Assembly: GCF_001194135.2 (NCBI RefSeq)
Contig: NC_068998.1
Span: 11,893,164-11,957,163 of the forward strand
Reading direction: 5' to 3'
Source of the DNA: Octopus bimaculoides
Lineage: Eukaryota
DNA: 64,000 nucleotides
Position numbers and translations under genes: made by a program. The notes beneath the pieces are model-generated. The model searched no databases. It had not been told where the DNA came from and saw only the letters and a list, made by a program, of their open reading frames with translations. This document shows positions 41,468 to 55,900 of this stretch, in pieces. Positions within the stretch are counted from its first letter, which is position 1. The number at the start of each line of letters is the position of its first letter.

Positions 41468-44400
41468 GCACACATATATATTACACACAATTACACACAT
41501 ACGTAAATGTTAAAATAATGTTATTTCAAGGCAGATTTAAGAAATAGTGAGCATTTACTCTCTATACTGAGGGTAGAGTCAAGTTTATTGTGAAGATCAA
41601 GTTTCACATATCAGCTCGTTCAACCTTTACACATAAATGTATGAGTGCACACGTGTGTGTGTGCCTCCTTTTGACATTGAGAGATAGCTGTCAAAATGTG
41701 TCACTGTCATACATGTGGTGTCATTTGTTTGGATCTTCCATTGAGACATGTTCAGTCAGAGGTTGTGTTGATCATCTTGAAAAGTGTAGGGGAAATATTA
41801 ACTTGCTTGGAAGCAGGCAGGAGTTGGCATCCAGCCATAGGAAATTTGTCTCAATGAATTTCATCTGACCCATGCAAATATGAACAGAAATATATATACA
41901 GACACCACACATACAGACTAAAAAATATATATATATATATAGATATATAACAACGCACATAGAGAGAGATGGGTATCAGCATTTAATGTCCATGTTCCTT
42001 GTTGGCATGGGCTAGATGGTTTAAGAGGATCAGACAGCTCCAAGGACTGGATTAAGCTCAAGTGTCTGTTTTGGCATGGGTTCTATGACTAGATGCTCTC
42101 CCTGGTGCCAACCACTTTACAACATATAGTGGGTGCGTGTTTTTACTTTCTTTTTGTGACACTAGCACTAATGGAGTCACCATGCAAATTGCAAGACTAA
42201 GATCCCCTTCAACTGAGTGAATTCTATTTCATATCTTCAGAGCAGGTGACTGAGGTAACAGGCTAGTCAGTTCATCACTCAGCAAAGTTCTGACCTTTAA
42301 ACACAATGCATTATGACTCATTTATCAAAGATGATAGAAAGGGAAGTCACTTTAGTTTCATGCTAAGATGGAAGCCACATGTTATATGTTGATACACACA
42401 CACATTCAGCATTATAAAATTATCAACAAATATTTCTTAATCAGTGATGAATAGACAATATAATCAGTCAATCTATTGTGGTTAAGGCACAAAAAAAAAG
42501 GAAGACAGAAAATAATAAAGCAAACCTATAATAAAAGCATCCCAAACATGACCAGCATGTCTTCATTTTTGTTTTTTTCTTCTTTTAAGTGTAATGCATT
42601 TGGTACGTTATTTAACGTTTTCTGTTTGTTAAAGAGAGTAGAGTGTGATGTGAAGGAAATTTGGCAGCTAGCTAGATCGAGTGAGTGAAGCAACCATGAA
42701 GAGGCTCCCTTGCTGGCTTATGGCATAATTAGATAAAAACCTTCTTCCATACAGATTTGATAGCACAGAATTGAAATACTCATATTGCATTGCAGACCTG
42801 TCAAACCCATGGCAATATAAGAAAAGACTAAACTGATGATCATCATCAGATCATGAATATCTAAATAATGGTGGCCAAGCCAACTAGTTGGAAAAAAAGT
42901 AAAATATATTTAGTTCCTTTTCTTTGACTAGATGTTATGGATGCTTGCAGGTACAGTCAATTAATTAAACATTTATATATGTTTTTTTTTTTGTTTGTTT
43001 AAAATTAAGAGACATTAAAGTTCAGCTCAGTGAGATTTCATGTGAAAACAGATATGAAACAAAATACTCTATTGTATTTTATTCAGCACTCTTATTATAA
43101 TTAATGTAATTTGTATGTTTAAACGTTTTATATTTTACAGTTGGTCATCAAAACAGGGTTCATAAAAGTTGAATTTTCAAATCAAAATTTAAAAATATTT
43201 TCTAGTGCTAAAATATTTTTATACTTCAACAGAACAAATAAAATAGATGACACTATGAAAAACAAACTACCAATAAGTTAAATACAATACTAACAAACTG
43301 ATAATTAAAAGTATTTCAAAATAAAAGCAACACAACAACTATAACAGAATCTTCCTGTACTTGACTAGAGATCTTGTAGAATTCAGTTCTATATATAACC
43401 TAACCATTATCTTTTGATCTTAGAGGATAAACTGAACTTTTTTTTTAAAGTATTAAAATCACATAGGAGTTATTAAATTCAGCATCCTACAACCAGTCCA
43501 GTAAGCAGTTGCATGTGTGTGTCTTTGTGCTTTCATACTTTAACACTGATATTTCACAGCTGGAAGTACTTCCCAGTAGTAACCACTTTAGTGTAAAATG
43601 AGATGGTATTTTTATTACTATATAAGAATATTTAGAAAAACTCAGAATCTCTTTTTTTGTTTGCTTTCTTTCTTTTGTATCTCTTCAGACCTATATAGAA
43701 GTGTACAAATATACTTTCATAAAAAGTTGGTCCCCCCACTCTTCTTTTTTAACAGAACACTAGCCTAACTTCCCTTTCAGAACTACTTCTCCAAATATAT
43801 CATATCAATGTAATACACTAATTTCACTTTAAAATGTGCCAATTGATTCAAGAAGTCCCTTTCCATCACAGACAATCGAGTAGACTAGCAAAGCATAAAC
43901 ATGAACTTCGTGTATTGTAATTAATTCAATTAAGCAAATAACTGGTAAAAATCAGAATTCACTCTCCTATCTATATATATATATATATATATATATACAT
44001 GTGCATGTACACAGAGGAGGAGCATCTGCTGTGACTACAGAGACCCACATGTGAATGACAGCCCAGACCACCATTCCTATCCTTGCAGGGGTTTTTTCCC
44101 CATTCATTTTGCTTTTCTTCATCAGTGAGCCTCAGCCTCTTCTCTTGTCTTTTTAAACCCTTGCCTAGTTCCAATCTCCAGTGGGGACAATCATCAGCAA
44201 TGTCCTCCCTCTTTTCAACTTTCGTGTACAGAAACTTAATATTTCTCTTGCAGACATCTATGAAATAAATGATGATGGAATTATCCACCCATTGTCCTCT
44301 TGCTGGAAACCAGTTTACCATACAGCAAGTCTTGGAATCCTCCCATTTGACATCCAATGCATGTAGCCCAGAGAGTTGGAGCATCGTTGCTGAAGAAGGA

Positions 44401-44536
44401 CGAGGAGGCTGGGTATCTTGCACAACACAGGATCTGTCTCATTTATATATACATAACTTCTACAAAATGCTGTCCAATCTCAGATTCATGTCAACTATTT
44501 ATCAACTTCTTTGCTAAATATATCACCATAATCATT

Positions 44537-44740
44537 TTTACCTGTTAGCATTTAAACAAGCCGTATCAGTCCAAAATATTCTACATGTTTTATGTTCAAA
44601 CCAGCCAGATACAGCCTCTCACACCTACCCAACAGTGTCCTTCTAAATATAAGCAATCACATCATGACAATCTCAAAGCCAAACATTATGGGTAAATAAG
44701 CATTACATTTGACAGAAGAATCTGAATGCTAAAGGGTTAA
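44537..44740 (+). mobile_element. TTAA MITE family 1
   Basis: Family interior; ends aatgctaaagggttaa. Confidence 0.75.
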
Positions 44741-45696
44741 GTACCATTTCCCACACTAGCAATATATGGAGAAGTCTCCACTCTAGAGTAACTTATTAGA
44801 TGCCTCAATGCTACTTCATCTCATCAGTAAATTAAACATTCTCAAAATTGGTCTAATATTTCTTCCACAGTAATCTTTGATATAACATAACCACGTGTAC
44901 CTTTTAGTGCTAACTTTTAGTATTTTGCCACTCATCATATCTATAGAATGCCTCTGGTATTGAGCCTTTCTCCCAACATACCTTTAATCCCTATTTTGCA
45001 CAATTAGTGAATCATACTAAATGCATTTCTTGGAACACTTAAAACATGTAGTCTGTATCAAAGAACCAGATGCAGTTTCAGATGAATTGGTATGAAAAAT
45101 GTTGAATGATCAAGTATCACTAACAACAACAACACTGGATTTTCATTTTTCCATTGTGGCATGTTTGCAATAGAGAACCTTCAAAAGATCTTGACCCTTA
45201 TAATTCAAAGCATCAGAATGTCCTCTATTACCTTGTACTGATGCACTTGAAGGGGTTTGTTTTGCATAATGTTTACAGCCTGTTCCTCCACAGCAGCAGA
45301 AGTTAGATTATACAATATCCAATTCTTTTAGAAAATTTAAAGTTTAAATTGAAAACAAAACTAAAATAGTATCATTCAATCTGTTTTGCAGGGTGAAGCA
45401 ATTTGTATTATAGAGTGAGAATACAAACTAATGTATTAAATGTAGATGTTAACAAGTAACAATTTGATGTAATGAAGGCAATAAAAGAGGTTAAATAGAG
45501 AAGCTGGCAAGCAAAAATGATTGCAAGAGACCAGAATACAATTAGTTAAATAATGGATTAAGACTAACATACATAAGAAATTAGTAGTGTTCAGGCTACC
45601 AACACACACACACATATCCATCTTATTCAACTAATGAAAACTACCTCAATGAAGTTGATATGTACAGTAGCCATGGTGTGTAAAACTAGTATAACT

Positions 45697-46086
45697 TTTT
45701 TTATGGCACTCTGTCGCTTACGACGACGAGGGTTCCAGTTGATCCAATCAACGGAACAGCCTGCTCGTGAAATTAACATGCAAGTGGCTGAGCACTCCAC
45801 AGACACGTGTACCCTTAATGTAGTTCTCGGGGATATTCAGCATGACACAGAGTGTGACAAGGCTGGCCCTTTGAATTACAGGCACAACAGGAACAGGAAG
45901 TTAGAGTGAGAGAAAGTTGTGGTGAAAGAGTACAGCAGGGTTCGCCACCATCCCCTGCCGGAGCCAGGTGGAGCTTTTAGGTGTTTTCACTCAATAAACA
46001 CTCAAAACGCCCGGTCTGGGAATCGAAACCGCGATCCTATGAATGCGAGTTCGCTGCCCTAATCATTGGGACATTGCGCCTCCACT
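45697..46086 (-). mobile_element. Intact young tRNA-derived SINE (about 390 bp)
   Basis: Minus-strand head tggaggcgcaatgtcccaatgattaggg... with B-box-like ggtttcgattccc; short poly(A) tail; CpG retained; 11-bp TSD ctagtataact (45686-45696 and 46087-46097). Confidence 0.9.
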
Positions 46087-47555
46087 CTAGTATAACTATT
46101 TAATCTTTATTTTCATCATTAAGAGCAATAGGCCATTAATAAGAAGGATCCTTCCAAGCATATCTCAAACAGTCTGAAGTAATGGAACCCAAAAAAGTAA
46201 AGCAATAAATAGTTGTATATAATCTAAAAGAGGCCACACAAACGGCTAGGTTCTGTATTAAATGGTTATGATAGCTCAAAAAGAGACTTAACATTTAATA
46301 TAATCACAACATTTATTACAGACATTTTCATGAGAAAATTGAAGATTTCATCAGACTAATAATAAACTGATGATAGAATCTGAAAGCACTTAATGAGGGG
46401 TAATAAAGTACAGAAGTGTTATGACTAGCTAATAAGCTATATGAGTGGAATAATGACTATACCTTGTGTCAACTTCACTGAATGTTGCAACTTCAGTACA
46501 GAAAGTAATTAGCTTATTTAAAACTGAAGTCAGAATTTTTATGACAAGTAAATTAACAAGAGGAACAGGGACACATGTGAATGCAGTTTTATTCATGAAA
46601 ATACACTTAATTATGAAAATACAAGGGGCTTCCTATATGCAGTAGAATGCTACAAAAATGTCTCACATTCAGCATTTATCATGAATTCTTGTATATCTTC
46701 CTGTTACCAATTTTAATACCATGTTCATTTCATAAGAACTAGAACCAACATGCTATCTTAAACATAGCATTTTGATAGTGAGACAAGTTTTAATATATAC
46801 AGATTATAAGCGAGATGAGCTTGGAGAATCTTTAGAACAGTTAAAATGAATCTAAAACCTTGGCAAAGCAACATTTTAAACGCAAATATATGAAATACAC
46901 ATATAAGTTGAGCAATATTTGAGAGACAGCAAAATAATCCTTCCCTTTCTACAATAAGCACAAGGCCTGAAATTTTGGTGAGCAGAGCTAGATGAACAGG
47001 CTGACCCCAGTTGTTCAAATGGTACTTATTTCACTGGCCCCAAAAGAATGAAATGCAAAGTCAGCTTTCCACCTTTGAGAGAGAAAGAGAGAAAGAAGTA
47101 TTCCATCCACCACTATCCTGTCTTTTTCTTATGTGCAGGAAACCTTGATCTACATTATATAATGTATCATTTCCTAAGGCAATAAGGTATGCATTGATAA
47201 ACAGATTTGTCAGCTACTTTTAGCAGATCGAGAATGATTTTGATCAAAGATCTGATCACTAAAACAACAAGAAACTATTAGAAGCACTGAACATTAATCT
47301 AGTAGACACATACATGCACATAAAAAAAAAAATGGCATGCAAATAAACATAGACATGTACTAACAGCTTTCTTTTATTCCTAAATCCCCATGTGTGTTTG
47401 TTTTCAGGATTAATAAATCAAGGCAAATATCTATAAAGCACTTGGTAATGTATGGTGTTATCATCAATTAAAAATGTGATTTTCTCCATTCCTGTTTTTG
47501 TTTTTATATATACATATGTACATACATACACACATACACATGTTATATATATATT

Positions 47556-47830
47556 GTGAAGGCAAATGGCTTAGTGGTTAGGGTGTTGCACTCACGAATG
47601 TGAGATCAAAGGTTCAACTCCTAGACCAAGCATTGCGTTGTGTTCTTGAGCAAGGCACTTCATTTCACATTGCTCTTTGATCATTTCGTCATCTGACATG
47701 TGGCACACAGTGCACCTGTACAGGTAATGTCGATTTGACGGAGGGAGTGAGCTTATGTATACAGAAACATTGTTCACTATAAACAAATCATCTGTGTGGC
47801 TGCTCGGCAAGAAACTACCAAACCCTCATA
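47556..47830 (+). mobile_element. tRNA-derived SINE, family C
   Basis: tggcttagtggttagg...ggttcaactcc head, ttcttgagcaaggcac core; an inverted relative lies at about 15275-15552. Confidence 0.8.
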
Positions 47831-48329
47831 CATACATTGGCATATTATGTGTGCATGTTCTTTCTTCATGAGTATTCTATTGCTCATCTATCAATTAGTA
47901 TAGCATGGTGTAGAGTGATTGACAATATATAAAGTTGATAATTAAGTGTAGTAATTAGGTGATACAATTTTTATTGTTTCATCAAAATTACATTCTTCCA
48001 GTACAATGTTCTTGTTTATGTATATTTGTTATGTAATATATCAAACCCTTCAATAATGTTAGGTTTATATGCAAAATGTTCACAGACAGCTAAAGAGGGT
48101 GCACAGTTGCTGATAAAATCCCAATTCTTCACTTTACAAGCTTTCTCCAGGAATAAATTAACTCATATTTCAAGGCATTACTGTATGTTCAGCTGTTCTT
48201 CGTTGTACATACAGACAAGTTGTTTACAGCTCTCAATATGTACAGCATTGGTTAGAAAAGTCTAAAGATATTCTGTAGTACAGTATAGCAATATAACAAA
48301 ACGCTTTTAACACAACAGTATATATATAT

Positions 48330-48490
48330 CATCATCATCATCATCATCATCGTTTAACGTCCGCTTTCCATGCTAGCATGGGTTGGACGATTTGACTGAG
48401 GACTGGTGAAACCGGATGGCAACACCAGGCTCCAATCTAAATTTGGCAGAGTTTCTACAGCTGGATGCCCTTCCTAACGCCAACCACTCA
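48330..48490 (-). mobile_element. Copy of the RTE-like 3' end with (GAT)n tail
   Basis: Near-identical reverse complement of about 32140-32300. Confidence 0.85.
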
Positions 48491-50628
48491 TATGCTCGAG
48501 TGTGTGTGTCTGTATGCTTGTAAAGCATGTACACATACAATGGTAACAACAAATAAGATTCAATGAGATCAATAGCAGCTAGGCTGCTATCTCAGAGTGG
48601 ATATGCCAATCTGTGTACAAACTTAAGGTAAAAAAAAAAAAAAGCGACCTCTGCATATGAATTATATTGTTAATTACGGTACTGATATCAAATTTTGATC
48701 ACTAATAAAATAGTGTACTGTCCAACACGTAGGTTGAACTTTCACTGCTTTCTGACAGAGACTCACTTTGTTATTGCTATTCCTAATATTTCATAGTTTG
48801 GCATCATTCTGAAGTCAAATGAATCTCTCTCTATAGTTTTCAATTCTCTAAGTCTATTGCAAGAAATAATTAATTCCTATCGTTGCCTTTCATCCGCTAT
48901 TAAACTGGGAAAAATCATCAAAGTAAAAATGACATATTTGGCTGGTTTTCAGAGAATGTTAGCAAATCTGGCAACAAGACCTCCCTATAATCCAAGATGA
49001 AACTCTTTACTTTGGTCACAGGGTTTCTCATTGATATGTATAAATGTATCCCTGTATGTATACTGCATTTCTTTATGTATGAACAAAAAGAAGCTAGCAT
49101 ACAAATTGTAATTTCTTTGTCATCTTATATTTCCACCATCTAATATTAGCTCGCCCAGCAACATAAATGCTATTTATATGCACACTACATATTTGATGTG
49201 CTGAATATAAAACACTTTTAACACAAGTAAAATCATCATACTTTTTGATTGGGATAATCATAAAATAATAATTCAAAACCTCATAGATATTGAAATAATT
49301 AGTTGAGTGAAAATGCAGCACAAGAAAAAATAAAAAGTTTCAAAATTGACTTAAGACTCACAAACAACACTGATTACATTTCATTAGTGGCTCTTGATCT
49401 AAACTAACACTGCATAAAAGTAATTAGTTTTTTTCTAAAGCATATTTATTCCAAGCACTTTCTAAGGTGGATACAAGTCTCAAATGGGTTTAAAAAATGA
49501 ATTATGTCCCATTCTAATAATAATGCTAAACACCTTATAAAAAATGTAGAAGAAACCTTAAACAATAAATGATACAAGATGCTATCTTTGACAACAAAAA
49601 CAAACCAACCAAACAAAATAAAAGAAAGATCACATTGTTGCACCTGCTAAATCAATAATGACTTAAAAACTCTATTAAAATCACACATCCTAAATGTTTT
49701 GACAAATTCTGTATTTTTGTAGCTTAGAAGCCAAATATTAAGATTTCACATGGTAACAAAGCCAATTTTGACAATTTCACTAGTAAGACCTTTAGAGAAT
49801 TGTTAATTTTTAAAAAATCAAAATCCTGTTGAGGCCAATTTTGGTTGATGAAAATAAGTACCAGTACTTTACTGAGATAACTAAAGTGGAGAGAAACTAA
49901 CTAGAAACTGCAATAGTGATCTTGTGCATTCTTAGTAAGCAGACATTTTATAATGCCAAAGACAGCATTTTTCATTCAAAGCTGAAGTAAAATATCCAAA
50001 CATAGAAAACAAAAAAAATATAAGAGATTAGATAAAAACCAAAGCATATGTAAGTAGAAAGTGTAGTACCATTAAGCAAACCAAGACTGATGATAAAGAC
50101 ATTTGAAACAGTACAACTATAGTTATGAAAAAAGTCTTTATTGATAACAACTAATTTATCCTTTTATAATAAGACAGGCCATATTTTACATCTGTAAACA
50201 TTTGTAGGTGACAATATAAGAGTATGATTGAAAATGTCTAAGTACAATCCAATGTGAGCATGAAGGAGAGGTTGTGATGATAGGAACTGTGAATAAAAAC
50301 AAGAATAAAAAGGATAAAAACTTGCTTCTGAATTGAAACAGGAGTATATGGGATAAGCAAATAGGAAATTGTGTAACCTGAGCCACCAAGGAGAGCTGAG
50401 TCAGCGAAAAGCAGGGGACAATCAGTGGAAATATATTTTGTAGAGCTGTCAAACATCTTACAAAGAGATATATTCATGTTTCTTAGAAATACATCTTCAA
50501 AGAAGCTAACCAAAATCTTTTTAACATCAATGGCCAGCATTTGAAATAGAGAATTAATGAAAAATAAAAGACAGACAGAAGAACTGCATGAAGACAAACT
50601 GGTTTATGATGTTGATCAGTGTATTAAA

Positions 50629-50846
50629 TACTCTTTTCTACTTTAGGCACAAGGCCCGAAATTTTTGGAGAGGAGGCCAGTCAATTAGATTGACCCCAGT
50701 ATGCAACTGGTACTTAATTTATCGGCCCCTGAAAGGATGAAAGGCAAAGTCAACCTCGGTGGAATTTGAACTCAGAACTTAAAGACAGACGAAATACCGC
50801 TAAGCATTTTGCCCGGCGTGCTAACATTTCGGCCAACTCACCACCT
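50629..50846 (-). mobile_element. tRNA-derived SINE, family A
   Basis: Reverse complement of the 38647 head and body with a different tail. Confidence 0.85.
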
Positions 50847-52175
50847 TATCAGTGCATTAAATACTATCACAATAACCAGTTCCCGACAAATCTTAAAACT
50901 AAACACTATTTTTATGTTAAGTCATTTTCAATTATTGCCGTACTCTATTAGTAAAAACTGGTGGAATCATCATATGGCAGTGATTGACTGTTGTCAAATC
51001 AATCACTACTCTAAATGGTCCTAATTACAGCTCAAATTAGAAACTGTAACAACTCAATACAGCTTCATCTCATCTCTTTTCTAAAACTGAACCAGATGTA
51101 ATATCCCAATTATATATTTTGAAATAGCTTGTAGAAGTACATGTTATCTATCAAAAGTAGTTAGAAAACTGTTACCACAAACTGTGCCAGAAAATCAAGT
51201 CAAAAATTTCTGACCAGGATAACTTAATTTGCAATAAATCACAATAAAATGACATGTACAACTGCCCACAAAATTGCAGCTCAGTTCAAGACTCCCTAAT
51301 GTTGAAAATATTATTAGTTAAATATCAAAAATTAATCAGTGTAAAGTAATGCCAATATATGAGGCATGAAATGAAACTGAACTTTTCCTTGATGTCTAGA
51401 AGTCAGAGTTCATCTCTCTCTCTCTCTCAACTATTTAGAAACTGCTATAGGAAAAAGTGAAATGAAATTACTCAACCACGAATCAAATCTGCATTGTAAA
51501 TTCAGATAGTACTCACACGAATATTATAAAAAGTTTGTACTCATTTTTGATCATCTAAATTCTATTGGACAATTAATCTCATCCAACCCTATTTTCTAAA
51601 ATCTATAAATTATAAACAAAACCAAAGGGTATGACTTTTATATCAAAAATCTAGTTTTTAAGTGTGATGGTGTTGTAAATATGGCACTCTTACTATCCAA
51701 TCTAGGACTCTCCAAAGCTATGTATTAAAATTCAAATTTCCATTTCAATAAATAATGAATTATTTCACTCACAAGATTTTTTTTTTTTTTATTAAACTTG
51801 TAATCCAAAAGCTACTTTTAGCTACTAAATTAAAAGAAATTGAAATCAAAATAGCTTCCAGCAAAAAAAGATAAAACATTTTAATGCTCAATTTGAAATT
51901 ATACACATAGGCAATGAAAGCAGTTGATGTTACACAAAATAAAATTAAATAAAATTAAAATTAACAAAACAAAATCTAAAAAGTAATGATAAATCTATTC
52001 CAGAAACCAGTTTTTAATATTTTTTTCAATAATCTAATTTAATATACATTGAAAATATGAAACCTTTTGCACATAGAAACAAACTGCGTATGCAGAAAAT
52101 TCTACTTCAGTGTGATGAAAACAGAGGTGATAGTTCAGTGCATTAATGTAAAATAATAATAAGTGTTCAACTTAC

Positions 52176-52254
52176 TGCACTAAAATCAAGTAAATCACTA
52201 AGTTCTTTATCTGTAGCAATATTCATTCTGTCACCAAGAGTAAACTGTCCAGGT
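52176..52254 (-). CDS. TCF12/TCF4-like: E-protein AD1 exon (79 nt): PGQFTLGDRMNIATDKELSDLLDFSA; in-frame ATG at 52226
   Basis: Acceptor ttttttttttaaacacag|A, donor GCA|gtaagt. TDKELSDLLDFSA is the E-protein AD1 (PCET, LxxLL) motif. Codons before the ATG may be 5' UTR. Confidence 0.95.
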
Positions 52255-52463
52255 CTGTGTTTAAAAAAAAAACAAAAAAAAACAACAAATGAACAAATTA
52301 TATTATAACATGTATTCAGAACTGCAAAGCAAATTCTAGAAAAACAAAATCTTTATCATAGCAACAATATCAGCTTTCCTTATGTTCACAGCAACAAAGA
52401 TAGGACTTCTCTACAATATGTTGATTTCTAAATAAATACATAGAGCAGATTTTAAATGCAAAT

Positions 52464-52692
52464 TTAATCCTTTAGCATTTAAAACAGGCCATATCCGGCC
52501 CAAATATTCTACCTCTTTCATGTTCAAACCAGTCAGATCTGACTTCTCATACCTACCCTATACTGTTATTCTAAAAATAAACAATCACATTATCAAAATA
52601 TTGAAGGTATGAGATAGCATGTGATTACTTCAAGACAATGTAAATAAATAAGCATTATATTTGATAGAGTAATCCGAATGCAAAAGGGTTGA
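52464..52692 (+). mobile_element. TTAA MITE family 1, about 210 bp 5' of the AD1 exon acceptor
   Basis: ttaatcctttagcattt... to ...aatgcaaaagggttga. Confidence 0.8.
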
Positions 52693-52945
52693 GTAAATGA
52701 GGCAATATATAATTACTACAAGAATCATAGATGAAACATGACACATACTCAAAGTGTGGTCATGTATCTTGTATTTAGTTGTATCCACAAGAGTTTGGAT
52801 CTACACCAAATAGAATCTTCTCTGACGACTCATAAGGTCACCATGATAAAACAATTTCATAAATAAATAAACACTGCAGTGCCTCTTCTTGATCTAACCA
52901 TATACACCTGTATAATATTTTAGTTTCATTTAATATCCAGTTAAT

Positions 52946-52985
<40 letters not shown>

Positions 52986-54730
52986 TTTGTAAACTATAAC
53001 CACTTTACTACCAAACAATTCTTAGTTGAAACTAGGTTTCAATTTTATCAAAAGCAGTAAAAATGAAATTATTATCTTACTAGTCAGTTACCAAAGAAAT
53101 GCTTCGACCGGGATATTGTAGGTGTATAACAGGTACAGGAGCTCCACATTTATTAAAATGCAATAAATTTGAAGAGATTGACACCTCTACAAGCTAGGGA
53201 TAACTACTCCTACTCATACTCAAGAAATAGTAAATTACTATGTGATATACAAATTACAGCAGAAAATCTCCCTTGTTCATTACCCTTTTCTATTATATGC
53301 ACAAGGCCTGAAATTTGGGGGGAAGAGGGCTAGTTGATTAAATTGACTCCAGTGCTCAACTGGTACTTATTTCATTGACCCCCAAAAGGATGAAAGGCAA
53401 AAATCAACTTGGTGGATTTGAATTCAGAATGGAAAGCTGGAAGAAATGCCATTAAGTATTTTGTTTGGCAAAGTAATGATTCTGCCAGCTTCCCACCTTC
53501 CCCTGTTCGTTATCAAAAGTAATTCTGAAAGCTTTCTTACATAGGCACAAGGCCCAGTACTTGAGTGGTTCTTTTATTTTATCAAACCCAGAAGGATGAA
53601 AGACAAAGATAACCTAGGTAGGATTTGAAAGAGCAGAGAGTGTAGAGACCCAGAATCAATACTGCAAGACCCTTTGTTTCCCTCTAACAATTTTACCCAT
53701 CCATCATACACTGTGATAAAATTATTTCCTTATACCACAAACAATATTTAAGTTTTCAGCTATCTATCAGGCTGTATACTTTCCATACAGCTTTTCTTTC
53801 GTCCACTGTATTCCGTAATAATATAGATATGACAGTGATGCTTTTTAAAAGAAAATAAAATCTATTTAAAATTAGAAATCAATGTCTGAGATTTAAATAC
53901 TCCTAATGTACTTTTATTTCATCATAAGGTATGAATAAACACAACTGAGCATTCAGCTAAAAACAAAAAAAGAAAGTAAAAGAAAAAAACAAACACAATT
54001 ATGAAAATTGTTAAGACATCTAAAATAGTAATGGACACAAGCAGATATTTTAGCATGGTTATATACTACCTTTTACACAAAGTTATCTTAATCTACATTA
54101 TTTTATGCCATTGAAATCCACACAATTTGCAACATATACCTGTGAAATTACTCAAAGTAGTTAAGCAGACAATTTTGAATTAAACCAAAATCATTTTTTT
54201 GATGTCATAGATATGTCCTGTAGTTAAAAGTAAATATCTTTTTTTTTAATTTGGAGTATTTTGTAAAGTAATGTAACTACCCAACATGCAAAATGATTAT
54301 TTTAAAATTAATTTGACGATTGCTTTGGAGGAGGGAGAGAGGGAATATATTGTTCTTCAGTTATCTAAAATAACATTCAAGCATCATAATTTGAGCCCTC
54401 AAAGTTTGAAGAACCCGACTCAACATGGTAGTTTTACCACTGTGTGCTTGTTAACTAAGAGCTATGAACGCTTTAAAATTCAAAATTAACTCTTTTGATA
54501 TTAGTCAGGTCTATGAAGCAAAATTTCAACATGTTCATATTTAAATTAAAACCAATGATAATTTTAGCAAGAACCTTTGCTTCGAAGTTGCATTTCAAAG
54601 ACCAGTTTTTAATGTATCAATTCATGAGAAAAGAAATTTACTGAACCCTTACAAATTTACTCCTTTATTACTTTCAAAATTAACAGAAATACATTCACAG
54701 TATTTCAATAAAATGATGGTCACAAAAGTG

Positions 54731-54777
<47 letters not shown>

Positions 54778-55441
54778 GCAGCACCCATGATATCTAATTC
54801 ATAAACTATTCATTTCTCAGAGACAACATAAGGACCAACTGACAATCTACCATTTGCTGTCTCAAGGAACAATCCTTTATTTACAGGGAAAAAAAATAAC
54901 AAATAATTCTGCAAAAGAAAATTTTTTAAAAAATTAATTCTGTAAAATAATGATGATGATAATGTCCATTACATATCCATGAGCAATTAGCAAAGTTTTA
55001 GTAACTTGAAAAGCTTTGCAGCTAATTACTATTTTGTTTTGACACGTAAAAGGCATCCACTATGGTCTTAAAGTGGTTGGCATTAGGAAGGGCATCCAGC
55101 CATAGAAACCAAGCCAAATCAGACTGGAGCCTGGTACAGCTTGCCAGTCTATCAGTTCCAGTCAAACTGTCTAACCCATGCCAGTGTGGAAAATGGATGT
55201 TAAATGATTATGATAATGATGATGTTTTATTGCTTGTTCTGAAGAGATAGTACCCATGTCACTATTTTGGGGTCTTTGAAACTGGCTGCAGGAAAGATAG
55301 AAGGGAGGAAAGTATTCATCCGCACATTGGAAACCTGGACTTAAATGTTTGCAACAGAACTGCTCCTCTGCTGAAAGTACCTCAGGATCAGATGATAGTG
55401 TTAAACTGGGTCAAGTCCACAATACAAAAAGGCTCGGGGGG

Positions 55442-55900
55442 NNNNNNNNNNNNNNNNNNNNNNNNNNNNNNNNNNNNNNNNNNNNNNNNNNNNNNNNNNN
55501 NNNNNNNNNNNNNNNNNNNNNNNNNNNNNNNNNNNNNNNNNNNNNNNNNNNNNNNNNNNNNNNNNNNNNNNNNNNNNNNNNNNNNNNNNNNNNNNNNNNN
55601 NNNNNNNNNNNNNNNNNNNNNNNNNNNNNNNNNNNNNNNNNNNNNNNNNNNNNNNNNNNNNNNNNNNNNNNNNNNNNNNNNNNNNNNNNNNNNNNNNNNN
55701 NNNNNNNNNNNNNNNNNNNNNNNNNNNNNNNNNNNNNNNNNNNNNNNNNNNNNNNNNNNNNNNNNNNNNNNNNNNNNNNNNNNNNNNNNNNNNNNNNNNN
55801 NNNNNNNNNNNNNNNNNNNNNNNNNNNNNNNNNNNNNNNNNNNNNNNNNNNNNNNNNNNNNNNNNNNNNNNNNNNNNNNNNNNNNNNNNNNNNNNNNNNN
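55442..55900. other. Assembly gap (largest of eight; others at about 2078, 13994, 23445, 27621 and 59785)
   Basis: Runs of N, mostly bordered by microsatellites; small exons could be hidden in them. Confidence 0.95.

Larger units (their letters stand above)
3449..52254 (-). other. TCF12/TCF4-like: Span of the identified 5' coding exons of an E-protein (class I bHLH, TCF12/TCF4/TCF3-daughterless family) gene; gene is incomplete in this window
   Basis: Five exons join in frame with GT-AG sites and compatible phases (0,1,0,1). The joined peptide aligns by eye with the vertebrate TCF12/TCF4 N-terminus as recalled: TDKELSDLLDFSAMFSPPV, G[IL]D..W..GQ.S.SYDS.R, FMN, K...SRD..P.Q. No bHLH domain is present in the window. 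Confidence 0.93.
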
